Shown: positions 1 through 7,842 of the stretch, one piece after another
How positions within the stretch are numbered: the first letter of the stretch is position 1
Layout: each line of letters opens with the position of its first letter
Source: a virus
DNA length: 64,000 nt
Strand: one strand, 5' to 3'
IMG/VR virus record: IMGVR_UViG_3300042520_002054
Location: 32,001-96,000 of that record
Position numbers and translations under genes: made by a program
Notes under the pieces: model-generated
The model's database searches: none
What the model saw: the letters and a program-made list of their open reading frames with translations, nothing else
What the model was told of the DNA's origin: nothing

Positions 1-24
1 TCTCAACCCGATGAGCACGAGTAA

Positions 25-255
25 CTAGGTTAGCTGCAAAGACAGCGACCATTTAAACCATGTGAGATCGAGATAGTAGTGGTTAAAACCTACTACTGTT
101 TCGGTCTCTTTCTTTTTTACATATTTGTAGTCTTCTTCGTACCATACAGAAACAGCCGGAAGAATGTAGAACGTATTGTGATTTTCTAGAATAGTGAATC
201 TTTTAAATAGTTTCATTTTCTTTGGTATTAAGTTTTTAATCCATCCACTTACCAT
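25..255 (-). CDS. hypothetical protein
   Basis: 76-aa ORF in the minus-strand block; start uncertain (MKLFK possible). Confidence 0.5.
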   Translation of the reverse strand: MVSGWIKNLIPKKMKLFKRFTILENHNTFYILPAVSVWYEEDYKYVKKKETETVVGFNHYYLDLTWFKWSLSLQLT

Positions 256-434
256 GAGTTCTCAAATGCCAAAACCTGTGTTTGAGCACTTCAATAACTA
301 ATTGAAAAAAAGAATCTGCTTCATAGCTTCCAGCTGAGCATATTAGTTTGAATTTTGATTTCATTTCTCGTTGGTGTTAAAGGTTTTTTTTGTATTACTG
401 TAATCAGGGTTACCGTAACCAGGGTTACGATAAT

Positions 435-752
435 TCATTTTCCTATAAATTGTTGGATTACTTTGGCAAAAACACTGATGTTTACCTCAAAGCCTTTGTG
501 GTCCATAAAGAACTTGTAGTCATTGGGTACTGACGGGTCACTGTACCTGGTGCCTGTAGCAACACAGACAGCCTCCATCACCTCGTGACAGATAACACTG
601 AATACATAAGAAGGATCAGACTGTAGAGTAGCTGTTCCAATTACAATCTCACTATCGGGGAAACTGAACGACCCACCCGCGTTATTCTTGTCGGTCCTCA
701 CCTTAAACGTATGAGATAGAATACTTATCTCCTTAGGGAATACAATCTTCAT
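435..752 (-). CDS. small zincin-like phage metallopeptidase-family protein
   Basis: SVICHEVMEA is a HExxE variant of the HExxH motif, preceded by beta-strands. Start trimmed to MKIVF because the longer ORF overlaps the tRNA. Confidence 0.55.
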   Translation of the reverse strand: MKIVFPKEISILSHTFKVRTDKNNAGGSFSFPDSEIVIGTATLQSDPSYVFSVICHEVMEAVCVATGTRYSDPSVPNDYKFFMDHKGFEVNISVFAKVIQQFIGK

Positions 753-804
753 AGTACTACGTATTTGTCCAGTTTTTTGCATAATAAACTGGACAGGTTT
801 ATTG

Positions 805-878
<74 letters not shown>

Positions 879-885
879 ATGTCTA

Positions 886-916
886 CAAATATATAAAAAT
901 TCCTTGAAGTTCTACA
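886..916 (-). promoter_or_regulatory. Bacteroidota sigma-type promoter for the tRNA
   Basis: Minus-strand TATATTTG (TAnnTTTG, -7 box) lies a few nt upstream of the tRNA 5' end, with TGTAGAACT further upstream. Confidence 0.6.
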
Positions 917-932
917 TGTTTCACGTGGAACG
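917..932. promoter_or_regulatory. parS-like palindrome
   Basis: TGTTTCACGTGGAACG differs at one terminal position from the TGTTTCACGTGGAACA form of chromosomal parS. Confidence 0.65.
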
Positions 933-1110
933 TCTACAAAATAACCAACATCTACAAAACTACCCCCATAGTTCCAACAGAGAAATGATACCCCCCGGTA
1001 CCCAGTCGCATATGGGGGAGAGAGGATGAGGAGGGGTTAATAACAACCCCCCACCCAGCGCGCAAAGAGGTACCCACCCCCGCCTTGATTCAGCATGTAA
1101 AGCACGGATT

Positions 1111-1212
1111 ATGTATCACTGGTACATCATTTCGGGAGTCAGTATCCTTGCTAAGTCGCTGCGAGAAGCGTATCGCTACTACAGAGACAACTGCAAGGAG
1201 AAAGGTGAGTAG
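1111..1212 (+). CDS. small hypothetical protein (33 aa, MYHWYIISGVSILAKSLREAYRYYRDNCKEKGE)
   Basis: ATG-to-TAG ORF read by eye, first in the plus-strand early region and followed by hairpins. Confidence 0.4.
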   Translation: MYHWYIISGVSILAKSLREAYRYYRDNCKEKGE

Positions 1213-1336
1213 GGATTACTCACGCCCGGCAGCACGACACAGGAGATACTAGACTACACATCTGGTATCTCCTTTATTACCGCTTTATGTGTAATACTCA
1301 CCATCTCTAACAAGTAACATCAAAACCCTAAATATC

Positions 1337-1561
1337 ATGAGAAATCTCAGAAATGTTGTACTACCTGTACAAGTCGTAGCACTCTTCGTGTTACCCGCAA
1401 TCATGCTTACCATCATCATGTCCGCAATTGCTATCATGTTCATGGTATTAACGCCTCTTTCCTACTACGATATCACTACCAGTGTACCTGCAGGAATCTT
1501 CGGATTCATCGGTTACATCTGCATGGTCGTTGCTGTAGGAAACTTTATGTGGGACGAGTAA
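1337..1561 (+). CDS. small membrane protein
   Basis: Two long hydrophobic segments; A-rich leader. Confidence 0.7.
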   Translation: MRNLRNVVLPVQVVALFVLPAIMLTIIMSAIAIMFMVLTPLSYYDITTSVPAGIFGFIGYICMVVAVGNFMWDE

Positions 1562-1698
1562 TAACTCACCACCACATAGAATTACGATATACCCCGTTTC
1601 AGTGCTTAACAGAGCGTGCACTGTTACGGGGTTTAAACTTTCTACGCTCTAAAAAATCCCTAAAACCTGCAGGTGTATAGGCAACCTGTATTAAAGTC

Positions 1699-2214
1699 AT
1701 GAGTAAATTAATGCTCTCCCCAGAAGTCTCTGACTTCAAAGAAGGTCTGTTCATCTTAACAGACGAGTCTGGTAATGCTGTACGTCGCTACGAAGATGAC
1801 CCTGAGCAAGGGTTCATTGTCCTCAAGGATGTACAGTTTCGTGAAATCACCTTGCTTACTTCCACACGTCTCCAACTGAAGACACGTCAGGCGCTCTATG
1901 CAGGTCCTGTCGATGTGCTTGAGAAGAAGATTGCTATGTGGGAAAAAGCAGGTAAAATCCCAGGACGTATCCAATCACTGGATATCTTGGAAGGTGACCC
2001 AATCTTAGACAACCTGAAGAACCTCGACAGGTATGTTAAGCGTGCGGGTGAAGACGGACCAGTGCTTACCAAGGACGGTAAAAAGATTTACCACTTCCGT
2101 AAGTACACCGCAAACCCTGACGCTGTCGATATGCTCATCGAGCACGACAACAAAGCGGAAGTCACCACACACCGTGCTGCAGCGCGTCTTGCATCTGCAG
2201 ACCTTGACGCTTAA
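1699..2214 (+). CDS. conserved phage hypothetical protein, paralog of 3063-3542
   Basis: Shares DPxQG, IPGRI, KxAG, HDN and C-terminal ADLDA with the 3063-3542 product. Confidence 0.85.
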   Translation: MSKLMLSPEVSDFKEGLFILTDESGNAVRRYEDDPEQGFIVLKDVQFREITLLTSTRLQLKTRQALYAGPVDVLEKKIAMWEKAGKIPGRIQSLDILEGDPILDNLKNLDRYVKRAGEDGPVLTKDGKKIYHFRKYTANPDAVDMLIEHDNKAEVTTHRAAARLASADLDA

Positions 2215-2231
2215 GTCATCAATCCTCTGAT

Positions 2232-2264
2232 AAGCAGGGTCATCCTTCGGGGTGACCTTGCTTT
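2232..2264 (+). terminator. intrinsic terminator
   Basis: AAGCAGGGTCATC-CTTCGG-GGTGACCTTGCTTT hairpin with a cUUCGg loop. Confidence 0.75.
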
Positions 2265-2302
2265 ATTATTACTCACCATCTTAATATCCTAAAATAAATA
2301 TC

Positions 2303-2812
2303 ATGCGTATTAACCTCGCTTACTTCGAAACGTTACCTACCCTTGTCAATGGTAAGGTAATCGTACTGAACTGTCCTTACGGTAAACACATTGGTTCCGT
2401 TAACGGTAAATCAGTCTCTCTAATCACTGTTGGTAAATACACCACAGTACCTGACGGTGACATTAAAGCAGAGCACTACGACATCCTTCAAACCAGTCAA
2501 TACACTATACTGGTAAACAGCAAGGACGGGTTCTACTTTAAAGTCGTAAAAGACTATTTGGATAATCAAGAAGTCTCTCACATAAGAGAACTATTATTCA
2601 AGTACTCTAATCCCGTAACCTACAGAGTCGGTGACAATGTCCATCTCAAGCATATGAATGGCATCTATAAAATCGACAGCATTCACGGTAGTTTCGTTAG
2701 CATCACTTGTCAAAAGTGGCAACGGTATCCTGAACAGTATTCCCGCTATAAGTTCATAACGCTTGACGACATCAAGTGTCTAGCAGGTGGAATACACAAC
2801 TGGAACCGCTAA
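2303..2812 (+). CDS. hypothetical protein
   Basis: 169-aa ORF with A-rich leader. Confidence 0.75.
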   Translation: MRINLAYFETLPTLVNGKVIVLNCPYGKHIGSVNGKSVSLITVGKYTTVPDGDIKAEHYDILQTSQYTILVNSKDGFYFKVVKDYLDNQEVSHIRELLFKYSNPVTYRVGDNVHLKHMNGIYKIDSIHGSFVSITCQKWQRYPEQYSRYKFITLDDIKCLAGGIHNWNR

Positions 2813-3062
2813 ACGTTTAACACCTAAGCATGTGTCTAAACTGCTTTACTTTAAAAGAACAAAAACAATACTCACCACCGCAGTAAAGACACTACTGCAG
2901 TTTTTTGATCATCAGCATGACATGTCTGATATCCTGCAAATTCCGGTAGTTTTTGGTGGACTACTCGCAACCCTAACTTGCAACAAACAGCATAATCGCT
3001 GAAACAAAAACAGTACCCACCACCGCAATTAATCACTAACAAAACAATTTAAAAGTTCAATT

Positions 3063-3542
3063 ATGAGCAAGAACATCAATCCCAATTTGAAGGTAGTCAC
3101 TGAGTTGACTGCTTATGAGTCTGATCCTAACCAGGGTTGGGTCCGCATGGAAGAAACTTCTTACGTTGATAAGGAGATTTCCCCATTGCGCACTATCGCT
3201 GTAGCTGAGAAGCGCAGCTGTCTGTATTCCGGTTCCATGGAAGCATTGCAAGCAAAGCTTGCTGAATGGAAACGTCAGGGTGGTATTCCCGGTCGTATCC
3301 GTGTAGTAGAGATGGTAGAGTCTGATGCAAAGCAATTTGTCAAAGACATTACCACTCGTGAACCTAAAAAAGCTGGTGACACTGGTGTTATCTGCTGCTT
3401 GGGTGGCGAACCTATCTACCGATTCAGCGCTTATGATGCTACTGGTGAGAAGACAGATACACTGGTTATGCACGATAACGGTGACGCTATCCGAGCAATT
3501 AACGCTCAGCGTCGTCTAGAAACTGCTGACCTAGACGCATAA
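3063..3542 (+). CDS. conserved phage hypothetical protein, paralog of 1699-2214
   Basis: Same shared motifs as its paralog; ends RLETADLDA. Confidence 0.85.
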   Translation: MSKNINPNLKVVTELTAYESDPNQGWVRMEETSYVDKEISPLRTIAVAEKRSCLYSGSMEALQAKLAEWKRQGGIPGRIRVVEMVESDAKQFVKDITTREPKKAGDTGVICCLGGEPIYRFSAYDATGEKTDTLVMHDNGDAIRAINAQRRLETADLDA

Positions 3543-3556
3543 GACGTTATGCGCCT

Positions 3557-3619
3557 ACTATATGGAGCTACAGTAACAGGTTAATCCCTGTTGCTGTACG
3601 CTCTGTGTAGTTTTTGTTT
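3557..3619 (+). terminator. long hairpin terminator or processing stem
   Basis: CTATATGGAGC-TACAGTAACAGG pairs with CCTGTTGCTGTA-C-GCTCTGTGTAG, followed by TTTTTGTTT. Confidence 0.65.
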
Positions 3620-3971
3620 GAGTTAAGTTACAATATCCACGATAATAGAATAATTCCAGTGCGTGCGAGAGTGTGCACGATGGTGTGAGAACCACACCCC
3701 ACACTATTCTTATCGCTTCAAAACTCTGATAAACACTACATTAGTTTCTCAGAACACGGATTAGATAGCTAACTCATTCTTAACGTCCGTATAGGAAGTA
3801 GTATATACTCTCTATATGATTAACTATATATTCTTTAATACGTTCTTTCTATCTATAGGGTTTTTTGTTAGGGATTCTCCCTTAGGTAGAGTTGTAACAC
3901 CGGGGGTTGCATTAGTTGACGGGTGCTTACAGTGTCGCGTCTAGTAACCTTTGGGACCGCAAGGTCTCATA

Positions 3972-4137
3972 ACGCAGGCTAAAATCGGTGTACCATAGAA
4001 AATCAATCTGGTCCAGAAGTATGCAGTATAAGTATTCAGGCTTGTAAACCCTGTTTATAAGTGTTAATACTTATGAGTCATCGTGTTGGTAATGATTATC
4101 TCTTTCTATGCTGTGGGTTCGAATCCCATCTTGCGTT
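3972..4137 (+). ncRNA. tRNA-like RNA with a ~115-nt insert replacing the anticodon arm
   Basis: Acceptor ACGCAGG/CTTGCGT; T arm GTGGG-TTCGAAT-CCCAT; CATAGAAA/TTTCTATG closes the insert. Confidence 0.65.
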
Positions 4138-4236
4138 CTAATTGTATGTGACCACGTAGAGTCTTTATCCACCCGTGATGCAGTAATGTAGGGTGGACAT
4201 ACAATTTTAAAATAAAACCAATCTAATATCTATATC

Positions 4237-4350
4237 ATGAAAAAATCAACTACCCAGAATGTCCAAGACAATGACCGTCTCGCCATTCTATCCGTAACCC
4301 TATTTTTAATCGTAGTTATCAGCTGCATCTTAATTGAAAGGTTATGGTAA
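4237..4350 (+). CDS. small membrane protein (37 aa)
   Basis: MKKSTTQNVQDNDRLAILSVTLFLIVVISCILIERLW, read by eye; overlaps the start of the next gene. Confidence 0.5.
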   Translation: MKKSTTQNVQDNDRLAILSVTLFLIVVISCILIERLW

Positions 4351-4589
4351 TCAAGTTTAACTTCTACACAGTATTCTTCGGGCTGGTCCTTCTATATGGT
4401 GTCTTTCAATACGGAAGAGTCTATGACAAGGACCAACAACCCCAAATTACCGTTGACCAACCACAGTACAATCACATGGTTCAAGTGGATGACTGTACGA
4501 TAGTCATGGATACCCTGGGAAATATCAATTCCATTTGGTATCAAGACAGACCGTACACCCTCGACACCGCAATCTTAGCTGATCTCTGA
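4344..4589 (+). CDS. membrane-anchored hypothetical protein
   Basis: N-terminal hydrophobic helix. Confidence 0.65.
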   Translation: MVIKFNFYTVFFGLVLLYGVFQYGRVYDKDQQPQITVDQPQYNHMVQVDDCTIVMDTLGNINSIWYQDRPYTLDTAILADL

Positions 4590-4821
4590 TATGTTTATCA
4601 TCGGTATTGTCATCATTATCCTACTTTACGCTATCCTTAAACAGATGCCAAAACAGTAGGTATGTTCGCACTGACGAACATGGTATCACATATGCGTACA
4701 CATCTATGTAATGTATCTATATACATATATTCGTCCACGCGAACATAGTATGACCGCATACGCGAACATCAATCAACAGAAAAAGTGCTCCATATAAGTG
4801 CTTTACATAGCTATTCAATTT

Positions 4822-4849
4822 AAAAGGGGTTGTATGGAACCCCTTTTTC
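4822..4849 (+). terminator. intrinsic terminator
   Basis: AAAAGGGGTT..AACCCCTTTTT. Confidence 0.7.
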
Positions 4850-4867
4850 ATTTTTAATCAAAATCCA

Positions 4868-5134
4868 ATGGAAAAATCCCTTAAAAGAATGTGGGTGCTG
4901 AGAATTAATGCACTCAACAACGAAACAAAAGAGACTACTACAAACACTTTTGTATTCGAAGACGAACGTACTGCTAAAACATTTGCTATTACCGTCCAAT
5001 TAGTCATTCATCCTGCGCCAAAATATGATTGCAAGGTTGAATTGACTGAAACAGATGTTGTGACACCAGAGAAGGTTTCCGAACTGCTATCTGATGTAGC
5101 TCATCTTGTAGACAAACTTGCAGATAAATTTTAA
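4868..5134 (+). CDS. hypothetical protein
   Basis: ORF in the plus-strand gene run. Confidence 0.75.
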   Translation: MEKSLKRMWVLRINALNNETKETTTNTFVFEDERTAKTFAITVQLVIHPAPKYDCKVELTETDVVTPEKVSELLSDVAHLVDKLADKF

Positions 5135-5151
5135 ACCAATCCTTTATTCGT

Positions 5152-5490
5152 ATGAAAAATCAATCAGTTTACCGCTATTGGACCAAACAGGAAGAAAAGA
5201 CCATCATCAGTTGCATTAAAAACAACCCTGAGAATCTTTCTAAAGCTTTTGCTTGTGCTGCCGAAGTAATCAATCGTAGTACGCAGTCAGTATCTAACAG
5301 ATACTACACGCACATCCGCAGTAAAAAAGCTATTTTCCAAACATCTTCAAGTAAAAGTGTTTTTGTAAACAGTAAAAATGTTTCACGACGCAAAAATCAA
5401 AGCAATGCTAGTCGTGTAGATGTTTTTGCAAGCATGTTTAAAATGCTTACCACAGATGAGAAGGCTCGTGTATTGATGAGTTTACTATAG
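5152..5490 (+). CDS. Myb/SANT-like HTH DNA-binding protein
   Basis: WTKQEE...AAEVINRSTQSVSNRYY pattern. Confidence 0.55.
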   Translation: MKNQSVYRYWTKQEEKTIISCIKNNPENLSKAFACAAEVINRSTQSVSNRYYTHIRSKKAIFQTSSSKSVFVNSKNVSRRKNQSNASRVDVFASMFKMLTTDEKARVLMSLL

Positions 5491-5597
5491 TAGTTTATTA
5501 TACGGTGGGTATTACCCTTAAAGAACAGAACATGGTATTTAGGAGTCATTATGTTATTTGCTGTCGCCGTATTTTAAACTTTTAATAATTAAATCCT

Positions 5598-5948
5598 ATG
5601 AGTTTATCTTATTCTAACCGCAAAAAATACGTTAGTCTTCTACTTACATACAGAAAGTTTAAAAAGATGTGTAGCTCATGGTTGTTTCCTCCGCATGAAG
5701 ATCCAATTCATTTTGAAATATGGGTTATTGATCATCTAAATAGGAAGTCAAGCATCTATGCATTTGCTACAATGAAAGAAGCATTAAACTTTGTAAGCTT
5801 TGATGATCGTTTAAATACAGACATAGAGTATCTGTTTGTAAGACGTGTTAAACATAAGTGCGATACCCTTCGTCTTAACGTACATCCAGTAAAAAATTCC
5901 ATCCATAAACCCTACGATCAACTATGCTTAGATCAGAAGCCTACATGA
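5598..5948 (+). CDS. hypothetical protein
   Basis: ORF in operon. Confidence 0.65.
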   Translation: MSLSYSNRKKYVSLLLTYRKFKKMCSSWLFPPHEDPIHFEIWVIDHLNRKSSIYAFATMKEALNFVSFDDRLNTDIEYLFVRRVKHKCDTLRLNVHPVKNSIHKPYDQLCLDQKPT

Positions 5949-6265
5949 TTATGCGTTATGCTGACGCAAGAGAAACAGAAACACACTGGCATACTCCAGA
6001 GAATTATGTTCAGTACAAAAATGAAGATGTTGAATACACAACTGACCAAATTGCTGTAGTACAGAATCTTTTTGAAAACACTATCCACATACACCCAATT
6101 GAAGGCGGAGTAGCTATGAAAGATATCTTTCTTACTAGCTTTCCTTTAAAAGATGTTTTTTCAGAAGATGAAACTGTTGCAAAAGCAATTGAAAAGTACT
6201 ATAGACAACGTTTTCACTTCTTTGATTTATTAGATCCAGAAGACACTTATCATCATTTTATTTAA
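5924..6265 (+). CDS. hypothetical protein
   Basis: ORF in operon. Confidence 0.7.
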   Translation: MLRSEAYMIMRYADARETETHWHTPENYVQYKNEDVEYTTDQIAVVQNLFENTIHIHPIEGGVAMKDIFLTSFPLKDVFSEDETVAKAIEKYYRQRFHFFDLLDPEDTYHHFI

Positions 6266-6276
6266 AAAACCATTTT

Positions 6277-6606
6277 ATGGGTAGAATGAAAGAAATCTAC
6301 GGTGAAATGTTAGAAAAAGGAGAAATATTTCCTACTATAACAGAACCTGTAGTAATGAAAATCTATGCGTCTTTTACTTATAAAGACCAAAATTATCTTG
6401 TCATGGGTGACTCTTTTGATGACATCCGTGAGAAAATCGCTTACCGTTTTGGAACAGATACAGATAAAGTAGAAATAACCGAAGAATATTCTAGTAATGA
6501 CAATGCATTTGGTGCATATGTCATGAAAGTTACATTCATAAACGGTGAATATCTTTTTCCATTTGTATCAGTATCTATTTATACACCAGAAATAATTCTT
6601 TACTAA
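6277..6606 (+). CDS. hypothetical protein
   Basis: MGRMKE start; TAATG coupling to the next gene. Confidence 0.75.
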   Translation: MGRMKEIYGEMLEKGEIFPTITEPVVMKIYASFTYKDQNYLVMGDSFDDIREKIAYRFGTDTDKVEITEEYSSNDNAFGAYVMKVTFINGEYLFPFVSVSIYTPEIILY

Positions 6607-6812
6607 TGACAGACTTTTTATTTTATTACGTACTTATTACATACATGATACAGATTGCAATACTTGTTGTTGAGCACAAAGAGCGAGACATTATTAACAT
6701 GGATATGTTAATGCTAATTCTTGCTCCTTGGAGTATTATCCCTGTAATAGCGTCACACTTGGTCTCATTTCTTGTAGACCTTGAAGGTGTGTTTTTAGAA
6801 AAGAAAGATTAG
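6606..6812 (+). CDS. small membrane protein
   Basis: Two hydrophobic segments; translationally coupled. Confidence 0.7.
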   Translation: MTDFLFYYVLITYMIQIAILVVEHKERDIINMDMLMLILAPWSIIPVIASHLVSFLVDLEGVFLEKKD

Positions 6813-6846
6813 GTGTATAGTTGATAGATGGTTGGTAAGTAAAATT

Positions 6847-6879
6847 AGGGGTGCTCTCTTGTAGAGCATCCCTTTTTTT
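6847..6879 (+). terminator. intrinsic terminator
   Basis: AGGGGTGCTCT..AGAGCATCCCTTTTTTT. Confidence 0.8.
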
Positions 6880-6985
6880 ATGATTCTAACTGTCTGATTA
6901 TCAATTATTAAAAACTTTTTGTAGAATAATTCTACAATTTGTATAACTTACTCAAGTTTTTGTACAATTTAATTACCAACCAGCC

Positions 6986-7531
6986 ATGTCAAAAACCATT
7001 CATTGCACCGCAAAAGGTATTCTCATACACCACGAGAATCACCACAAATCACATTTTGTTCCCTATGCAGAGGAACTTGATCAAAAGTATTACCAGGACA
7101 AAGCAGCAAGAAAATCAATTGTTGCTGAAATGGAAATGCTTCATCTAAATCCTGTTCAAAGTACCATGTACGAACGTCTTGTTAGAGGTTTAGGCTATTT
7201 CTCTAAATCAGATATAGCAAATATGCCTCAAAAAACTAAATCTAAAATTGAAGCTGAACACAGTAAAGCTCAATTTTTGGTTAGAAAGCTTCGTGTAGAC
7301 GCTTACTTTAAAGCAGAAACTAAATTGCTTAACGCAATATTCCCTCATGCTAACATTGGTTCCAAAGTAAGCGATTACTACAATGGAGCTGATGTACCGC
7401 GTCATGTCACTAATCAACGACTTGGTATTACCAAAAAGGTAATGATTGAAACATTTATTCAGAATCGTTTACTACCAGTAAACTTTTTTGACATAACTGT
7501 TGAAAGTACTGCTTTATCACTTAATGCATAA
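6986..7531 (+). CDS. hypothetical protein
   Basis: 181-aa ORF downstream of a promoter-like palindrome. Confidence 0.8.
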   Translation: MSKTIHCTAKGILIHHENHHKSHFVPYAEELDQKYYQDKAARKSIVAEMEMLHLNPVQSTMYERLVRGLGYFSKSDIANMPQKTKSKIEAEHSKAQFLVRKLRVDAYFKAETKLLNAIFPHANIGSKVSDYYNGADVPRHVTNQRLGITKKVMIETFIQNRLLPVNFFDITVESTALSLNA

Positions 7532-7838
7532 TAATATGGATGCTCAAGAAAAGTTCGCAGGTCTAGACAATGTAGAAATTAGTATGATCTACTATCGATT
7601 TTCTCAAGTATTGAAGAAAATTGATAAGAACATTGAACAGGGGATTATTACGAAAACTGTCAATTTACCGGGAAGTGGTGCTCGTATTGAAGCACCGCTC
7701 CCGTTGAATGACAGAATGAAGAATGATCTTACTGACTCTATGTTTTACAAAACAGTCCAGTCTATTGTAAATAAGCTGGAACCTATTGTAGAAATTATTG
7801 AAGATTACGATTCTTCTATCAAAGAAAAACTTAGTTAA
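7524..7838 (+). CDS. hypothetical protein
   Basis: ORF; start trimmed to MHNNMD. Confidence 0.7.
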   Translation: MHNNMDAQEKFAGLDNVEISMIYYRFSQVLKKIDKNIEQGIITKTVNLPGSGARIEAPLPLNDRMKNDLTDSMFYKTVQSIVNKLEPIVEIIEDYDSSIKEKLS

Positions 7839-7842
7839 AGCA

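Noticed and set aside
2858-3028. Mini CRISPR array from the 26-nt direct repeat
   Set aside because: Only two copies ~145 nt apart, non-palindromic, and part of a wider upstream-of-gene motif family.
3972-4137. Canonical tmRNA (ssrA) or ordinary tRNA
   Set aside because: Too short for tmRNA, with no G3-U70 or A discriminator, and no 7-nt anticodon loop at the expected place. Kept only as a tRNA-like RNA.
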